NCBI RefSeq assembly: GCF_006345805.1
Contig: NC_043002.1
Coordinates: forward strand, 90,334,001-90,398,000
Reading direction: 5' to 3'
Length of the DNA: 64,000 nt
DNA from: Octopus sinensis
Lineage: Eukaryota
Position numbers and translations under genes: made by a program. The notes under the pieces are model-generated. The model was not told where the DNA came from and made no database searches. It was given only the letters and a program-made list of their open reading frames with translations. This document shows positions 11,371-25,723 of this stretch, piece by piece (position 1 is the first letter of the stretch; each line of letters opens with the position of its first letter).

Positions 11371-13775
11371 GTCTTTGACGGAAGAGTCCATTATATTCTT
11401 TATTCTTTTATTTGTTTCAGTCATTTGACTGTGGCTATGCTGGAGCACCACATTTAGTTGAACAAATCAACCTCAGGACTTATTCATTGCAAGCCTAGTA
11501 CTTATTCTATTGGTCTCTTTTGCCAAACTGCTAAGTTACGTGCATGTAAACACACCAACATCGGTCGTCAAGCAATGGTGGGGTGACAAACACAGACACA
11601 CAAATATAATATATATATTTATATAATTCCACCATTCCTATTTCACTTAACATATAAAGACAGACAAGAAGATGTTAGCACGCTGGGTATAAAATCAAAT
11701 GTTACTGTCATTTTGCATTATGTCACAGTATTATAGTTGTTAGACCATTCCTACATTACACATACAGCTTCTCTTCAGTAAGTCACTGCCCAGCCCATAC
11801 CGACTTGGAAAAGCAGATGTGAAAGAAAGAACAAACGAATATATTCATGCACACACACACACACACACACACGTATTGTCTGTGGTTTCTCTATACGAAA
11901 AAGAAGCAAATTCTAAAACACTGGGACAGTAATATATTTTTAGAAGGTTGATTGTTATGGCAGGTCAAAGAGTGACCATTGATTTCACACCTATAAAGTG
12001 CTTAGATGTATAGGTAAGTCACCCATACAGCTAAGCACTTTGTAGTTGCAAAACCAATGATCAAACTCTGACTGGCCATAATTGACCTTCTAATATATAT
12101 ATATATGTAATATAAATGCTGGCAGGAATACATGTGTATGTGTGTGTGTGTATGTATTTATTTATGTATGTGTATGTATGTATGTATGTATGTATGTATG
12201 TATGTATGTATGTATGTATGTGTATGCATGCATATATATATGTATGTGTGTGTGTGGAGGGGCGTGGCTTAGTGGTTAAGGTGTCAGCATCATGATTGTA
12301 AGCTTTTGGTTTTGATTCCTGGACCGGGCGACGCGTTGTGTTCTTGAGCAAAACACTTCATTTCACGTTGCTCCAATCCACTCAGCTGACAAAAATGAGC
12401 AACACTGCGATGGACTGGCATCCCGTCCAGCTGGGGAACATATATGCCATAGAATCTGGGAAACCGGGCCCATGAGCCTGGCTAGGCTGTAAAAGGGCGC
12501 ATTTATATATATGTATGCGGTTTAGTGGTTAGGGTGTTGCACTCATGATTTCTAGATCGTGATTTCAATTCCTAGACTAGGTGGTGCATTGTATTCTTGA
12601 GGAATACATTTCATCTGATGTTGGTTTGCAATCACTTTGACACCTGACGTGTGGCACACAGTGCACCTGTTCAGACAATTTCCATCATTGATGAAGAAAG
12701 TGTGGTGTGAACATTTGATCACTATAAACAAATCATTTTGGTAGAAGCTCATACATTGTCTTTGACGGAAGAGTCCATTATATTCTTTATTCTTTTATTG
12801 TTTCAGTCATTTGACTGTGGCTATGCTGGAGCACCACATTTAGTTGAACAAATCAACCTCAGGACTTATTCATTGCAAGCCTAGTACTTATTCTATTGGT
12901 CTCTTTTGCCAAACTGCTAAGTTACGTGCATGTAAACACACCAACATCGGTCGTCAAGCAATGGTGGGGTGACAAACACAGACACACAAATATATATATA
13001 TATATATACTTTATAATAGGGTTCAGCAAAGATTTGCTTTATATATATATACATATACATATGTATATATACGATGAGCTTCTTTCAGTCTCTGTCTACC
13101 AAATCCACTCACAAGGCTTTGCTCAGTCTGAGGCTATAGTAGAAAACACTTGTCCAAGGTGACATGTAGTGGGACTGAGCCCAGAACCATGGGGCTGGTA
13201 AACAAGCTACTTACCACACAGCCACTCGTGTACCTATATATATCTACAGGTACAGGCCTGTTTGTGTGGTTAAGAAGTTCATTTCCCAACCATATGACTT
13301 TGGGTTCAATCCCATTGTCTAGCATCTTGGGCCAGTGTCTTCCTCTATAATCGTAGGCTGATCAAAGCCTTCTGAGTGGATTTGTTTGTGTGTGTGTGTG
13401 TGTTTGTGTGTATATTTAAACAAAGAATTCATTCATATAGGGCCCTTTCGTTTCTAGTTTATCACATAAATCCTGTTTTGGATGTTTGTTGTTTGATAGA
13501 CTAGGAGATTATTGTTCCCTCTGGAAAAAATATGGTTACTAGAAAGGAGTCTGGCTGGAGAAACTCTTCTATGTACTCTTGTCTGACTCATGAAAGCTTG
13601 GAAAAGTAGATGTTAAAACAGTGATGATGATATGTGCATGTATAATGTAGATAAATCTACAGTTATCTATTTGAAAAGCTTAGGTGTAGATATTAATACG
13701 ATGCATAAGCATCAGATTGTTCCCATAAGCAAACAGAAATAATGACTGAGGATCCTCTTTACAAATTTATTTCAG

Positions 13776-13823
13776 GATAATTGCTTTTCATCAGAGATGC
13801 AATGCTATTTTTTGGCTAGACAG
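13776..13823 (+). CDS. Candidate 48-nt internal exon (IIAFHQRCNAIFWLD in phase 2-2, or DNCFSSEMQCYFLARQ in phase 0-0)
   Basis: tttatttcag|GATAA...GACAG|gtaact; length a multiple of 3; phase-compatible with 8510-8581. Confidence 0.3.
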
Positions 13824-13964
13824 GTAACTTTGAATCTAAATTACTATATGTGGAAGTAGCTTATATGGATAGAACAGTAACAGTTAACCTGATTTGCATA
13901 TAAATGCATTAATCACCCACATATTAAATTAGATAAAATGATAATATATTTATAATAATACATT

Positions 13965-14385
13965 AAAAGGTGCTGGTGTGGCTATGTGGTAAAAAGCTTA
14001 CTTCCCAACCACATGGCTCTGGATTCAGTCCCACTGCATTGCACTTATGACAAGTGTCTTCTACTATAGCCTCAGGCTGACCAAAGCTTTGTAAGTGGAT
14101 TTGGTAGATGGAAAATGAAAGGAGCCTGTTGTATATATATATATATATATATGTTTGTATGTGTGCCTTTCCATCTGTGTCTGTCCTCCCATCACAGCTT
14201 GACAACTGGTGTTGGTGCGTTTATGTCCCTGTAACTTAGCTGTTTGGCAAAAGTGACCCATAGAATAAGCACTAGGATTTAAAATAATAAGCCCTGGATT
14301 TGAATTGTTCAACTAAAATCCTTCAAGGCAGTACTCCAGCATGGCAGCAGTCAAATGACTGAAACAAGTACAAAAAACAAAAGAA
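13965..14385 (+). mobile_element. SINE family A copy
   Basis: GGCTATGTGGTAAAAAGCTT head through ATGACTGAAACAAGTA tail. Confidence 0.85.
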
Positions 14386-14944
14386 TAGTGAATGCAGCAT
14401 CATTCAGAATACTTGAGATATAAATAAAGAGATAAACCTGTAGATGCTTTTTCTCTATTCATTTTCCTTACCAACAACCAGCATGTAGCTGCATATCATA
14501 GTCTCTCTAGCATTACTTCCTTCCCTATTCATATTATCTCTTGTCTGTCCCTCTTAGTCATCAATCTGGCTTTTATGTATCTTCTCAGTAATATTAAACC
14601 GAGAAGAATTATCACAACACAGAGAAGAGAGGACTCTTTATTTTCGTATGTGTGTGTATATACATGCATGCACCAGAAACACAGTACATATAAGTATATA
14701 TGTAGCATATGCTTCTGCACAGTATTTCTATCTGTCTGCCTATCTATCACTTTATATTTGTGTGTGTGTGTATTATAGTGTGAAGAAAATGACCCAAACA
14801 CATTTTTTCTTGTGGATGTAGAAATCCCACATATTTATCATATGTTATTGCAAGACACCTGTTTCTACCTCTCTATCTCTTTGTCATCCTCTAACCTTTC
14901 ATCCTCTGATACAAGTTCTCTTGCTCAAATGCCTCTGCCCTGCT

Positions 14945-15270
14945 CATAATTCCTTGTCTTGCAAGTTATGTGATAACCCTGCCAGTGCTGGTGCCACGTA
15001 AAAGCATCCAGTCCACACTGTAAAGTGGTTGGCATTTGGAAGGCCATCCAGCTGTAAAAATCATACCAAAATTAACCTCACCTGTGCTAGTGCCATGTAA
15101 AAAGCACTGAGTCCACTCTGCAGAGTGGTTCGTGTTAGGGAAGGCACACAGCCATAGAAGCACTGCCAAAACAGAGTAGCATAAGGTAGTTTTACTACCT
15201 GGCCAGCTCCTGTGAACCATCCTACCCATGCATGCATGGAAGATGGACGTTAAACAATGGGGATTATGAT
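14945..15270 (+). mobile_element. Family C-related SINE variant
   Basis: GGTGCCACGTAAAAGCA, GGAAGGCCATCCAGCTGTAAAA, ends CATGGAAGATGGACGTTAAAC..GAT repeats. Confidence 0.65.
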
Positions 15271-15944
15271 GATGGATAGAAAAGCAACAACTTCTATCTA
15301 TTTGTTTGTCTATCTCAAACTAGTGTTGATGACATGATAAAATGCACCCAGTTGTTATTAGGAAGAGCATTCAGTCCTAGAAACCATGCAAAAATAGAAT
15401 ATAGGATTAGATCCCACTATCACAGGCACGATTATCTGTTGCTTTTTGACTTCTTCCAACAGAACCTCTTCCTTTGACCTAGCTATCTGAACAGTCTGCC
15501 TTCTTAATCCAGCTCTTTCTCTTCTCCCACTTCTATCATCTCATCATGCCTTGACCAAAGTATTAATTGTCTTCTGGCCACAATTGCAACTTCCCTAGAA
15601 TTCCTTTCTCACTCATAAACACCTTTATATGTTCAAACTGAAAAAAACACTACTAACTGGCTTTATCAATGTCACCAATGTGATAGTTGTGTAGGGAGCC
15701 ACCAAAGGTCATCGTACCTATTTCACTTTTCATCATTATCACCAGCAACACCACCACCACTACCACCATCATTATCACCATCAAACATTTGTTTCCCATG
15801 CTGGCATAGGTTGGATGGTTTGACAGGAGCTGGCCCGCTGAAAAGCTGCCTGGGTTCCATGTCTGTTTTGGCCTGGATTTTTAGAATAAAAAAAAAATGG
15901 TCCTAAAGAGACTTTTATCAGTCATTATATTTAGATATAATCAT

Positions 15945-16135
15945 TAGCATGCCAGGCAAAATGCTTAGCAGAATTTCGTCTGTTTTATGTTCTGATTTCA
16001 AATTCTGCCGAGGTCGACTTTGCCTTTCATTCTATCAGGGTCGATAAACTATGTACCAGTGAAACACTGGGGTCGTTGTAACCGACTAGTCCTGTCCCAC
16101 CAAATTTCAGGTCCTGTGCCTTTAGTAGAAAGGAG
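15945..16135 (+). mobile_element. SINE family B with alternative tail (B2); further copies at 20858-21045(-), 21618-21796(-), 43600-43807(-), 53900-54082(+)
   Basis: Same GAGGTCGACTTTGCCTTTCAT...GGGTCGATAA body as B1, but ends CCAAATTTCAGGTCCTGTGCCTTTAGTAGAAAGG. Confidence 0.8.
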
Positions 16136-16919
16136 TATATTTAGATACATTGTTTTTTATTTTTTATGATGCACCAAATACATGTGGTGTTTGAGTGTGT
16201 GTGTGCATGCATCCACGTGTGTGAGTGTGTTGGGGGTGGGTACAGAAACACACATACATGCATTTGCATACACTCACTCACTCTCTCAAACATGCTCACT
16301 CTTTCTCCCCCTCTTTCTCATACACACATACACATACCAAACACACACATGCATGCACACACACACACACACACACACTGTTATTTTTTTCCTCTACATA
16401 AACATGTATACATAAATATGTGGGATTTGTACATCCACCAGGAAAATATGTTCAGATCATTCTGTACAGCCTATAAATTTCATGTGGATGTGTACGTGTA
16501 TACACGAGTAACAGAACCATGTATATACCAATCATATTTTAAGCCCTTTGCCTCAGTGTATGTATGTGTGTGTATGTGTATGTAAAGGTATATGTGTTAG
16601 CTGTGGCAAGGGGTGTATAAAATGCAATACATATGTTTTTCCCTTGTTGGTGTTCATTTTCTAAGATATAAGGTTCCTTCTTTTTTCTGCCAGTTCTTTC
16701 TACCTCATTGATCAACCAGCTTACATGTACCAATCTTCTGTTACCAACCCCAAACTTTCTGTAATCTTGGCAATATTTTGCTGCTAAAGTTGTCAGTGTT
16801 GCTATGGAAACAGAATTGTTTTTAGTGTTATTTTTCTTTTTTCCTTCTTTTTTTTTATTCTGGTAGTCTCATAAACTTTTCTCATGAAACATTCCCATAT
16901 ACTGACATCTATGAATAGG

Positions 16920-18480
<1,561 letters not shown>

Positions 18481-18807
18481 TTTATGTTTCTTTATATAGA
18501 TGTTTTATTGCTAGATTGAAAACTGTTTTATTTTCTCTTCAGTTGTCACTTCCATTATCAACTCAGTATCATCATCATCATCGTCATCATCATCATCATC
18601 ATCATCATCATCTGATTTTATGGATGTATTTCTGTGATGTCATTCACAAACAATACAAAATTACACTCATATTTGTATACGAGTTTAATTTCTCATGAAT
18701 TATTGTTAGGAAATTAAAGATTGATAATATTTTTATGTCATTTTAATTTTCACTGTATTTTATTTTAAAATTTCTACGAGTTTTAGAAATAAATATTTAC
18801 TTAATTG

Positions 18808-18850
<43 letters not shown>

Positions 18851-19129
18851 CATACATATACACATACATACGCACACCTCAATTTGCATTGCATCTAATT
18901 CGTTTCAGAATTCGTACATGTTAGTTAAATATTATTGGGAGATTCTAGAAATGGTTAAAATGTAGTGTGAAGAAAAATAGAAGCGATTTAGATTAATCTT
19001 GTTAATCAATATTTATAATCTCATCCTAAGTTCTCTTTAGTTCACCTTTCCCGACCATTAAGTCAGCATGCTTCATCATCTGACTTGCATAATCTATTCT
19101 TATGATCTATCTGTAACTATCGCAGTGGT

Positions 19130-19330
19130 AAATTGCATCAACTGTTGAGTGCAAGTAAACTGAGAAAAGCTGTGATGTATTAAGACTATCGGGAGGATAG
19201 GCTGCTACACTGGTATGAATCTATGATGTAAACAGTGGAATCTCTGCTGAGTCGAAACAGTCCTGTCTGTGCAGCATTGACAGTAGAAGGCTCCTTCTTG
19301 TATAACAAGGCACGTCAAGAAAGGCAGAAA
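19130..19330 (+). mobile_element. Highly degraded RTE LINE C-terminal remnant
   Basis: Translates REDRLLHWY...CAALTVEGS, cf. RRLRWYGH...CR.LTVEG. Confidence 0.45.
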
Positions 19331-19419
19331 TGATGAAGTCATAATCTGTTGGATGCTGCATATGAAATGGGATGGGGATGACTGGGAAATTTCAGTTCAA
19401 ACCAAAAGTGGAAATAATG

Positions 19420-19429
19420 ATAATAAAAT

Positions 19430-19483
<54 letters not shown>

Positions 19484-19520
19484 TTATTCTTTTTATTGGT
19501 TACAAGGGCTAATAATAATA

Positions 19521-19557
<37 letters not shown>

Positions 19558-19566
19558 CAACAATTG

Positions 19567-19618
<52 letters not shown>

Positions 19619-19652
19619 AATATTAATAATAATGATCATGATAATAATAATA

Positions 19653-19683
<31 letters not shown>

Positions 19684-19705
19684 TAATAATAATAATAATA
19701 ATAAA
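19420..19705. repeat. Compound trinucleotide array (AAT)-(GAT)-(ACT)-(GCT)-(AAT)
   Basis: Directly visible. Confidence 0.95.
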
Positions 19706-20814
19706 TGCCCTGATGCAGTACCAGGCAGTGGCTCTCATGGCTTCTGATGTTAACAGATTGGAAGTGTCATCATGTACATTGTTTTGTCATGGTATAAAAG
19801 ATGGGCTACAGCAAATATTCTGCTCAGTACCACAGATTTGCTTGTCAATTGTTTGACCTTAACCAGTTGATCATGTCTCTTGGTGGCTGACGATATGTGC
19901 ATCTCTGATCATGAGCAGAAGTAGTGGGGGAGCCTCATAGCCATGTGTTGAAAGGAATTCTTTGGGGTTTGGAAAATTCACCCTTCATCATCATCATTGT
20001 TCGACCGTGGTCGAGACAATGGAATTTACCATGCTACGCCAGACTTCACAGTCCATCATGGCATTACGGAGGTCCTGTTGCTGGATGCCTGTATCCCTGG
20101 AGATTACACCAGACTTCACGGTCCATCATGGCATTACGGAGGTCCTGTTGCTGGATGCCTGTATCCCTAGAAATTACATCAGGGTAGGAGAGTGGGCGCC
20201 CTCTGGTATTGCGAGTAGATGGCTTCCAGAGGAGAAGAGTAGAAATTACTTCTGTTTCAGCTCTACAACAATGTCCAACAAACTGGACTCTCCTACCTTT
20301 CACAAGAGATGACACAAGTGGTAGTTTCCCATATATTTGCATTTGGTTGGATGGCGCTTCCACGAGAGATTTTGAGCTCTCATAAGGAGGCGAGTGTAGG
20401 TTCCATCGAACCGCCTCTCAAGCTTCTTTGATAACGTTCAGGTTTCTGAGCCATATAGTAGAATTGGTTCGACTGTGGCTTTGAATATTTCAAGTTTGAA
20501 GTCTCTACTTAGATTTGATGACCAGATCTTATGCATGTCATTACAAACATGAGTGCTTTGTTCATCAGCCTTAAACAAACCTTATTCAGGGACCCTTTGA
20601 GTGGGATGGGTTACTCGACCAGAAGAAAATTCTGAGCCCCACCTGTAAGGTTATGCGATGCTTATCTTGAAATGAGATCACCATGTCATACGCATATGGT
20701 CGTGATGCATGTGCCTGGTGTACCTTTATCAGACAGGTAGTTATGATGGGTATACTGGGCTTTGTATATTTTACCCCCAGTGTCACTTTGATGGCATGCA
20801 CTACTGTCTCATTC

Positions 20815-20818
<4 letters not shown>
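19705..20818. mobile_element. (AAT)n-flanked interspersed repeat (family I), interrupted by an RTE insertion; deleted copy at 21250-21570
   Basis: AAAGATGGGCTACAGCAAATATTCTGCTCA and TTCAGGGACC...GATGGCATGCACT blocks shared between the two loci. Confidence 0.7.
19983..20546 (-). mobile_element. 5'-truncated RTE/RTEX-clade LINE with a 70-bp internal tandem duplication (20039/20109)
   Basis: Minus strand: LEIFKATVEPILLYGSET*TLSKKLERRFDGTYTRLLMRAQNLSWKRHP...RRVQFVGHCCRAE...RGRPLSYPDVISRDTG; (ATG)n tail at about 19985-19997. Confidence 0.88.
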
Positions 20819-20859
<41 letters not shown>

Positions 20860-21568
20860 TCTTTCTAGGGAGAGAGGCTTGTTGATTACATGAACCCCAG
20901 TACTCAACTGGTACTTATTTTATTGACCTGAAAAGATGAAAGGCAAAGCCAACCTTGGTGGAATTTGAACTCAGAACATAAAGATGGCTGATACGTTGCA
21001 AAGCATTTTGTCTGGCATACTAATAATTCTGCCAGCTTATCACCTTATAATGATGATAATAATAATAATAATGATAATGATGATAATAGTAATAAGGATA
21101 ATGACGATAATAATAATCCTTTCTACAGGCCTAAAATTTAGCGGAGGGGACAATCTATTACATTGACCCCAGTACACATCTGATACTTATTTTTATCAAC
21201 CCTGAATGGATGAGAGGCGAAGTTGACCGTGGCAGAATAATAATAATCTTGTTATAAAAGATGGGCTACAGCAAATATTCTGCTCAATACCACAGATTTG
21301 CTTGTCAGTTGTTTGACCTTAACCAGTTTTACATGTCCCTCATTCAGGGACCTTTTGTGTAGGATGGGCTACTCAACCTGAAGAAAATTCTAATTGGACC
21401 CCACCTGCAAGGTCATGCACTGTTTATATTGATATAAGCTCTCTATGTCATGCACATATTATTGTAATGCATACACTTCGTGTATCCTTATCAGACAGGT
21501 AGTCATGATGAATATATTGGGCTTCGTACCCCAGTGTAACTTTGATGGCATGCACTGCTCTCTCACTC

Positions 21569-21619
<51 letters not shown>

Positions 21620-22145
21620 TTCTCTCATTGGCACAAGGCCTATAATTTGAGGGGATGGTTAGTCAGTTACATCAACCCCCAGAAATATGAAAGGCACAGG
21701 TAGCAATGGTAGGATTTGAACTCAGAATGCAAAGAGCAGGTACAAATAACACTAGGCAATTTTTCTGACTTCAAGCAATTCTGTCAGCTCACTGCCTTAA
21801 CGACTGTTTCTAACAAGGTCATCAATATTGAGAAGACGCGTTTAGTCAGTACTACTAATCGCAATACTTTATTGGTATTATATTTTGTCAAATCTGGAGG
21901 GATGAAAGCCAAAGTTAAACTCAACAAGATTTGAACTACTATTTTTGATTTACCCTATGGTTCATATTCATGCGTATTTACTTATCATATCAAAGTGGAC
22001 ATATATTTATTCTAATTTCATTTGTTTTTCTTCTTTATTTCAAACTTTCTAAAAATGATTTTGAAAGCAAAATTTTAAGTAAGTTTCAAAATGTTATTTT
22101 TTTTAATATCTATAAGTAAATATACTTTTTTTCTTAAATTAGAAA

Positions 22146-22217
22146 CTTCTTTTTCACTTTCTCACTCAATAAATTGTTTTTCTTTCAGGTAAGTTGTGAA
22201 CATTTTTGCTGGTAAGG
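22146..22217 (+). promoter_or_regulatory. Recursive-splice-site-like AG|GTAAGT with a possible 23-nt RS/micro-exon (22189-22211)
   Basis: Long pyrimidine tract ...TTGTTTTTCTTTCAG immediately followed by GTAAGT; second donor CTG|GTAAGG 23 nt later. Confidence 0.4.
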
Positions 22218-23562
22218 AAAACTTTCTTTTCAGTATATTATTTTTTATATTATTTGCATTATAGTATATCTATTTTCTAAGTCTCTTATAAATCTATTTG
22301 TTTGAGATGTATTATATATATTTTTTATGAATACCAGGCAATTATTTACATAAAACTTATAGTCTAGAAATGTTTATGCAAAATTTTTTTTAACATTTAC
22401 TTTCTGTGTGTGACCAAACTATACGATGTAAGCCAAAGAACTGAAATCATATTTTGATGTCATACATTTTGGGGAAGAATAATAAAGCTTTCCAATAGAC
22501 CAATCATTGGTTCACTACCTTTCATTTGATGGTAGTAGATAGGGAGTGTCAGTGAAACTGTGGCAGAATCAGTACCGCAAGGGTGTTTTGTTTGAAAATA
22601 CTGACTTACTATTTTACTCATTGACTTGTACATTTTCCAATGATATTTCACTCACAATGTTTTAGTCAACGGAAAATACCTCAATGGACGTTTATGTTGT
22701 TTGATTCCAAAAGTATATTTTACCCCTGGTTTTGTTATTTCGGGTAAGGACAAAAAATTATCAGAAATTACTACACACACACAGACACACGTAGTGGGTT
22801 TCTCTCTCTCCTTTGCAATAAAATAAAGACTAGTAAGCAATGAAAGGACAAATTTATTTTGTCACTTTGGGCTCTGGACTCAGATTGACCAAAGCCTTTT
22901 AAGTGGATCTGATTGACGGAAACTGAAATAAACCTGTTATGTGTGTGTGTGTGTGTGTGTTTGTCCCCCACTGCTGCTTGATAACCAGTGTTGGCTCGTT
23001 TATGCACCTGTAATTAGCAGTTTAGCAAAGAGACTGACTGAATAAGTATCGAGCTTATTTCTGTTGAGATGGTCTGTGTTTCTTTCAATTAATTTTACAT
23101 ATAACAAAGAATTTAGTAAAATAACTTAGTTATCATTAAGCTTGTGATAGGAAAATAAATTGTGACTAAGATTTAGTGGAAGATTTTAATTCAGAACTTT
23201 TGAAAACATGACATTTGTACTACAGAGCCAGAAGTGGTTTCAGGCAGGTTGGTATCAAAAGGGTTAAAAAAGAAAAAAGTACTGGGTGTCAATTCTTTTG
23301 GCTAAAAATTCTTCAAGGAGGTGCCCCAACATGGCCATGTTCTAATGATTGAAACAAGTAAAAGATAGAAGATATATATTTTTCTACAATTCTTGGTACT
23401 TGAGATTTTGTGTATAAGAATGTGAGAAAGTGTGTATGTATGTAAATGGGTATTATTGTGTATGCTGACCCATACACGCAAGTGTTTTGTGTGTGTGTGT
23501 GTGTGTTCATGTATCTACATGTAAATGTGTATTTTATCAAGAAATGTACTCCGAGAAGTGCT

Positions 23563-23792
23563 TTAACTCATTAGCGTTTAAACTGGCCATATCCAACCAA
23601 AATATTCTTTCTGTTTTATATCTAAGCCAGCCAGATCTGGTGTCGTACACCTCCCCTACAATGTCAGTCTAAAAAAATAAACAATCACATCATAGAAATC
23701 TTGAAGCTGTGAGATAATGCATGATTAATTCAAAGAAATAGGAATAAATAAGCATTATGTCTGAGAGAGTAATCTGAATGCTGAAGGCTTAA
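23563..23792 (+). mobile_element. TTAA-flanked MITE (piggyBac-like); copies at 28305-28531(+), 54227-54451(-), partial 37745-37877(-)
   Basis: Termini TTAAC(C/T)C(T)TTAGC...GCTAAGGGGTTAA; shared interior AACTGGCCATATC..CCAAAATATTCT. Confidence 0.75.
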
Positions 23793-24004
23793 AACTTTGG
23801 GCAGACTTACACTGTTTCAATGTGATAGATGTGAGTTTGAGTCTTTCATTCTTTCTTACAGAGTCTCAGTTTGTCTATGATATTTTATTTTCACTGATTA
23901 TGCATATGGAAAACTACTTACAATCAAAACACCCTGACATTATTCATAGATGTGTATTTGTGTATGTGTTTGTATATAGATTTAGTCAAGGGATCCTTGC
24001 AATC

Positions 24005-24036
24005 TACAATAATAATAATAATAATAATAATAATAC

Positions 24037-24107
<71 letters not shown>

Positions 24108-24113
24108 TAATAC

Positions 24114-24151
<38 letters not shown>

Positions 24152-24152
24152 A

Positions 24153-24229
<77 letters not shown>

Positions 24230-24273
24230 AATAATATAATAATAATAATAATAATAATACAATAATAATAATG

Positions 24274-24319
<46 letters not shown>

Positions 24320-24372
24320 AATAATAATAATAATGATAATAATAATAATGATAATACAATCTACAATAATAC
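24005..24372. repeat. (AAT)n array periodically interrupted by AC
   Basis: TAC interruptions roughly every 30-40 bp. Confidence 0.95.
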
Positions 24373-25220
24373 AAAAAAAAAGCAAGAGGAAGGATACATA
24401 TTGTTTATTGTCTTTTGTTTTCTCAGAACAGCTGAGTCATAACATCTGGCAATATTGAAGGAAGATGATAAATAAATATCAAGTGTGTGTGTGTGTGTGT
24501 GTGTGCACGTGTGTGTATCTTTATCTTATCATCCACTTTCCCATGTTTGTATGGGTCAGACAGAGCTTATAGAAGTCGATTTTCTTCGGCAAGAACAAAA
24601 GAAATCAAAATGAAAGCAAAACATCCAGACAGAATCAGCAATGGCAGTTGTTGTAACTTGACAGTAGAAGTCTTTAAGAAAGGAGATTTGATTAAATCTT
24701 TACCTATTTCCAATGTTTTAGACCAGAGAAATTCAATTTTCATGTCTTAGAAAAGCTGTTACACACACACTCACCCCACCACACACACACACTTTATAAT
24801 CTAGGTGAAAACATCATAATGTGCCTTTAAGAGCTCTTATCCCATTATTTGGCCACCACATGATATCCTACAGTGGGGTATACTCTAGAGCAGGATATAC
24901 ATGTGGAACTCCTCTTTACCTAAGAGTAACACAAGAATAATATACCTTGAGGATGGAGGAAATACAGGCTTTAATAGAAGATCACAACATTTGTTCCCAG
25001 CAGGAATTAATTGTATTCCATCTAATGAAGAACCCTACATGGCTGTTATTGAACTGTATCCAACTGTATAATAATTATAAAGAAAGTTTTTCTATAATGG
25101 TATTTTAATATAATCTCAGTAACTTAACCAGTGTGCAGTGCAGAAACAAATGTTGTATTCTACTGTTAAAGCTTGATATCCTACATCTTGATGTTTATAT
25201 TATCCTTATATATATATATA

Positions 25221-25723
25221 CTAGCAGTATCGCCCGGCGTTGCTCGGGTTTGTAAGGGAAATAACTATATAAGCATTTTTAGAGAGTTACTTCCCTTATA
25301 AATTCGGGCTTTCTTAGCCATTTTTGTTTTGGTGTCTTCAAGCCATGAAGTCGTTATTCTAAAAGAATGCTGGTTTCCTTCACAACGCATTACGACGTTG
25401 ATTTCTTTACACTCCCTTCCCCACAGCTTCACGAGGGAGGGAAGGGGGAGAAGCAAACAGGTGCAGCTGTGAGCGTGGACGCCAACTCCGCCGCCATCGA
25501 CACATGATGCATTTTATGCATTAAAATGGAATAAAAAATGATGTTAAATTATTTTTAAAATCGTAGACTCATCGTTGACGCGCGCTAATAGTCAGACGGG
25601 CTTGATATGAATCACGACTATAAGATACCCGAATTTGGTTAAACTGCACCGCAAAATGTGGGAGGAGTTAGGAATCTAAATCAAAGGGGACAGACACTCA
25701 CACAACTAGAGTTTTATATATAA

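Larger units (their letters stand above)
10205..13005. repeat. About 1.4-kb tandem duplication (10205-11610 / 11611-13005)
   Basis: AATTCCACCATTCC at 10223 and 11625; the copies differ mainly in microsatellite length; junction lies in (TA)n. Confidence 0.92.

Noticed and set aside
8510-14645. Resemblance of the joined plus-strand peptide (LCN...IIA...AIFWLDSNIK) to DUF1647-type glycosyltransferase-like proteins
   Set aside because: Motif spacing is off and the expected W-K-P motif is absent; memory-based similarity is too weak to assign.
24395-24485. Strong plus-strand acceptor TTTTGTTTTCTCAG
   Set aside because: All frames close within 10 codons and there is no good donor.
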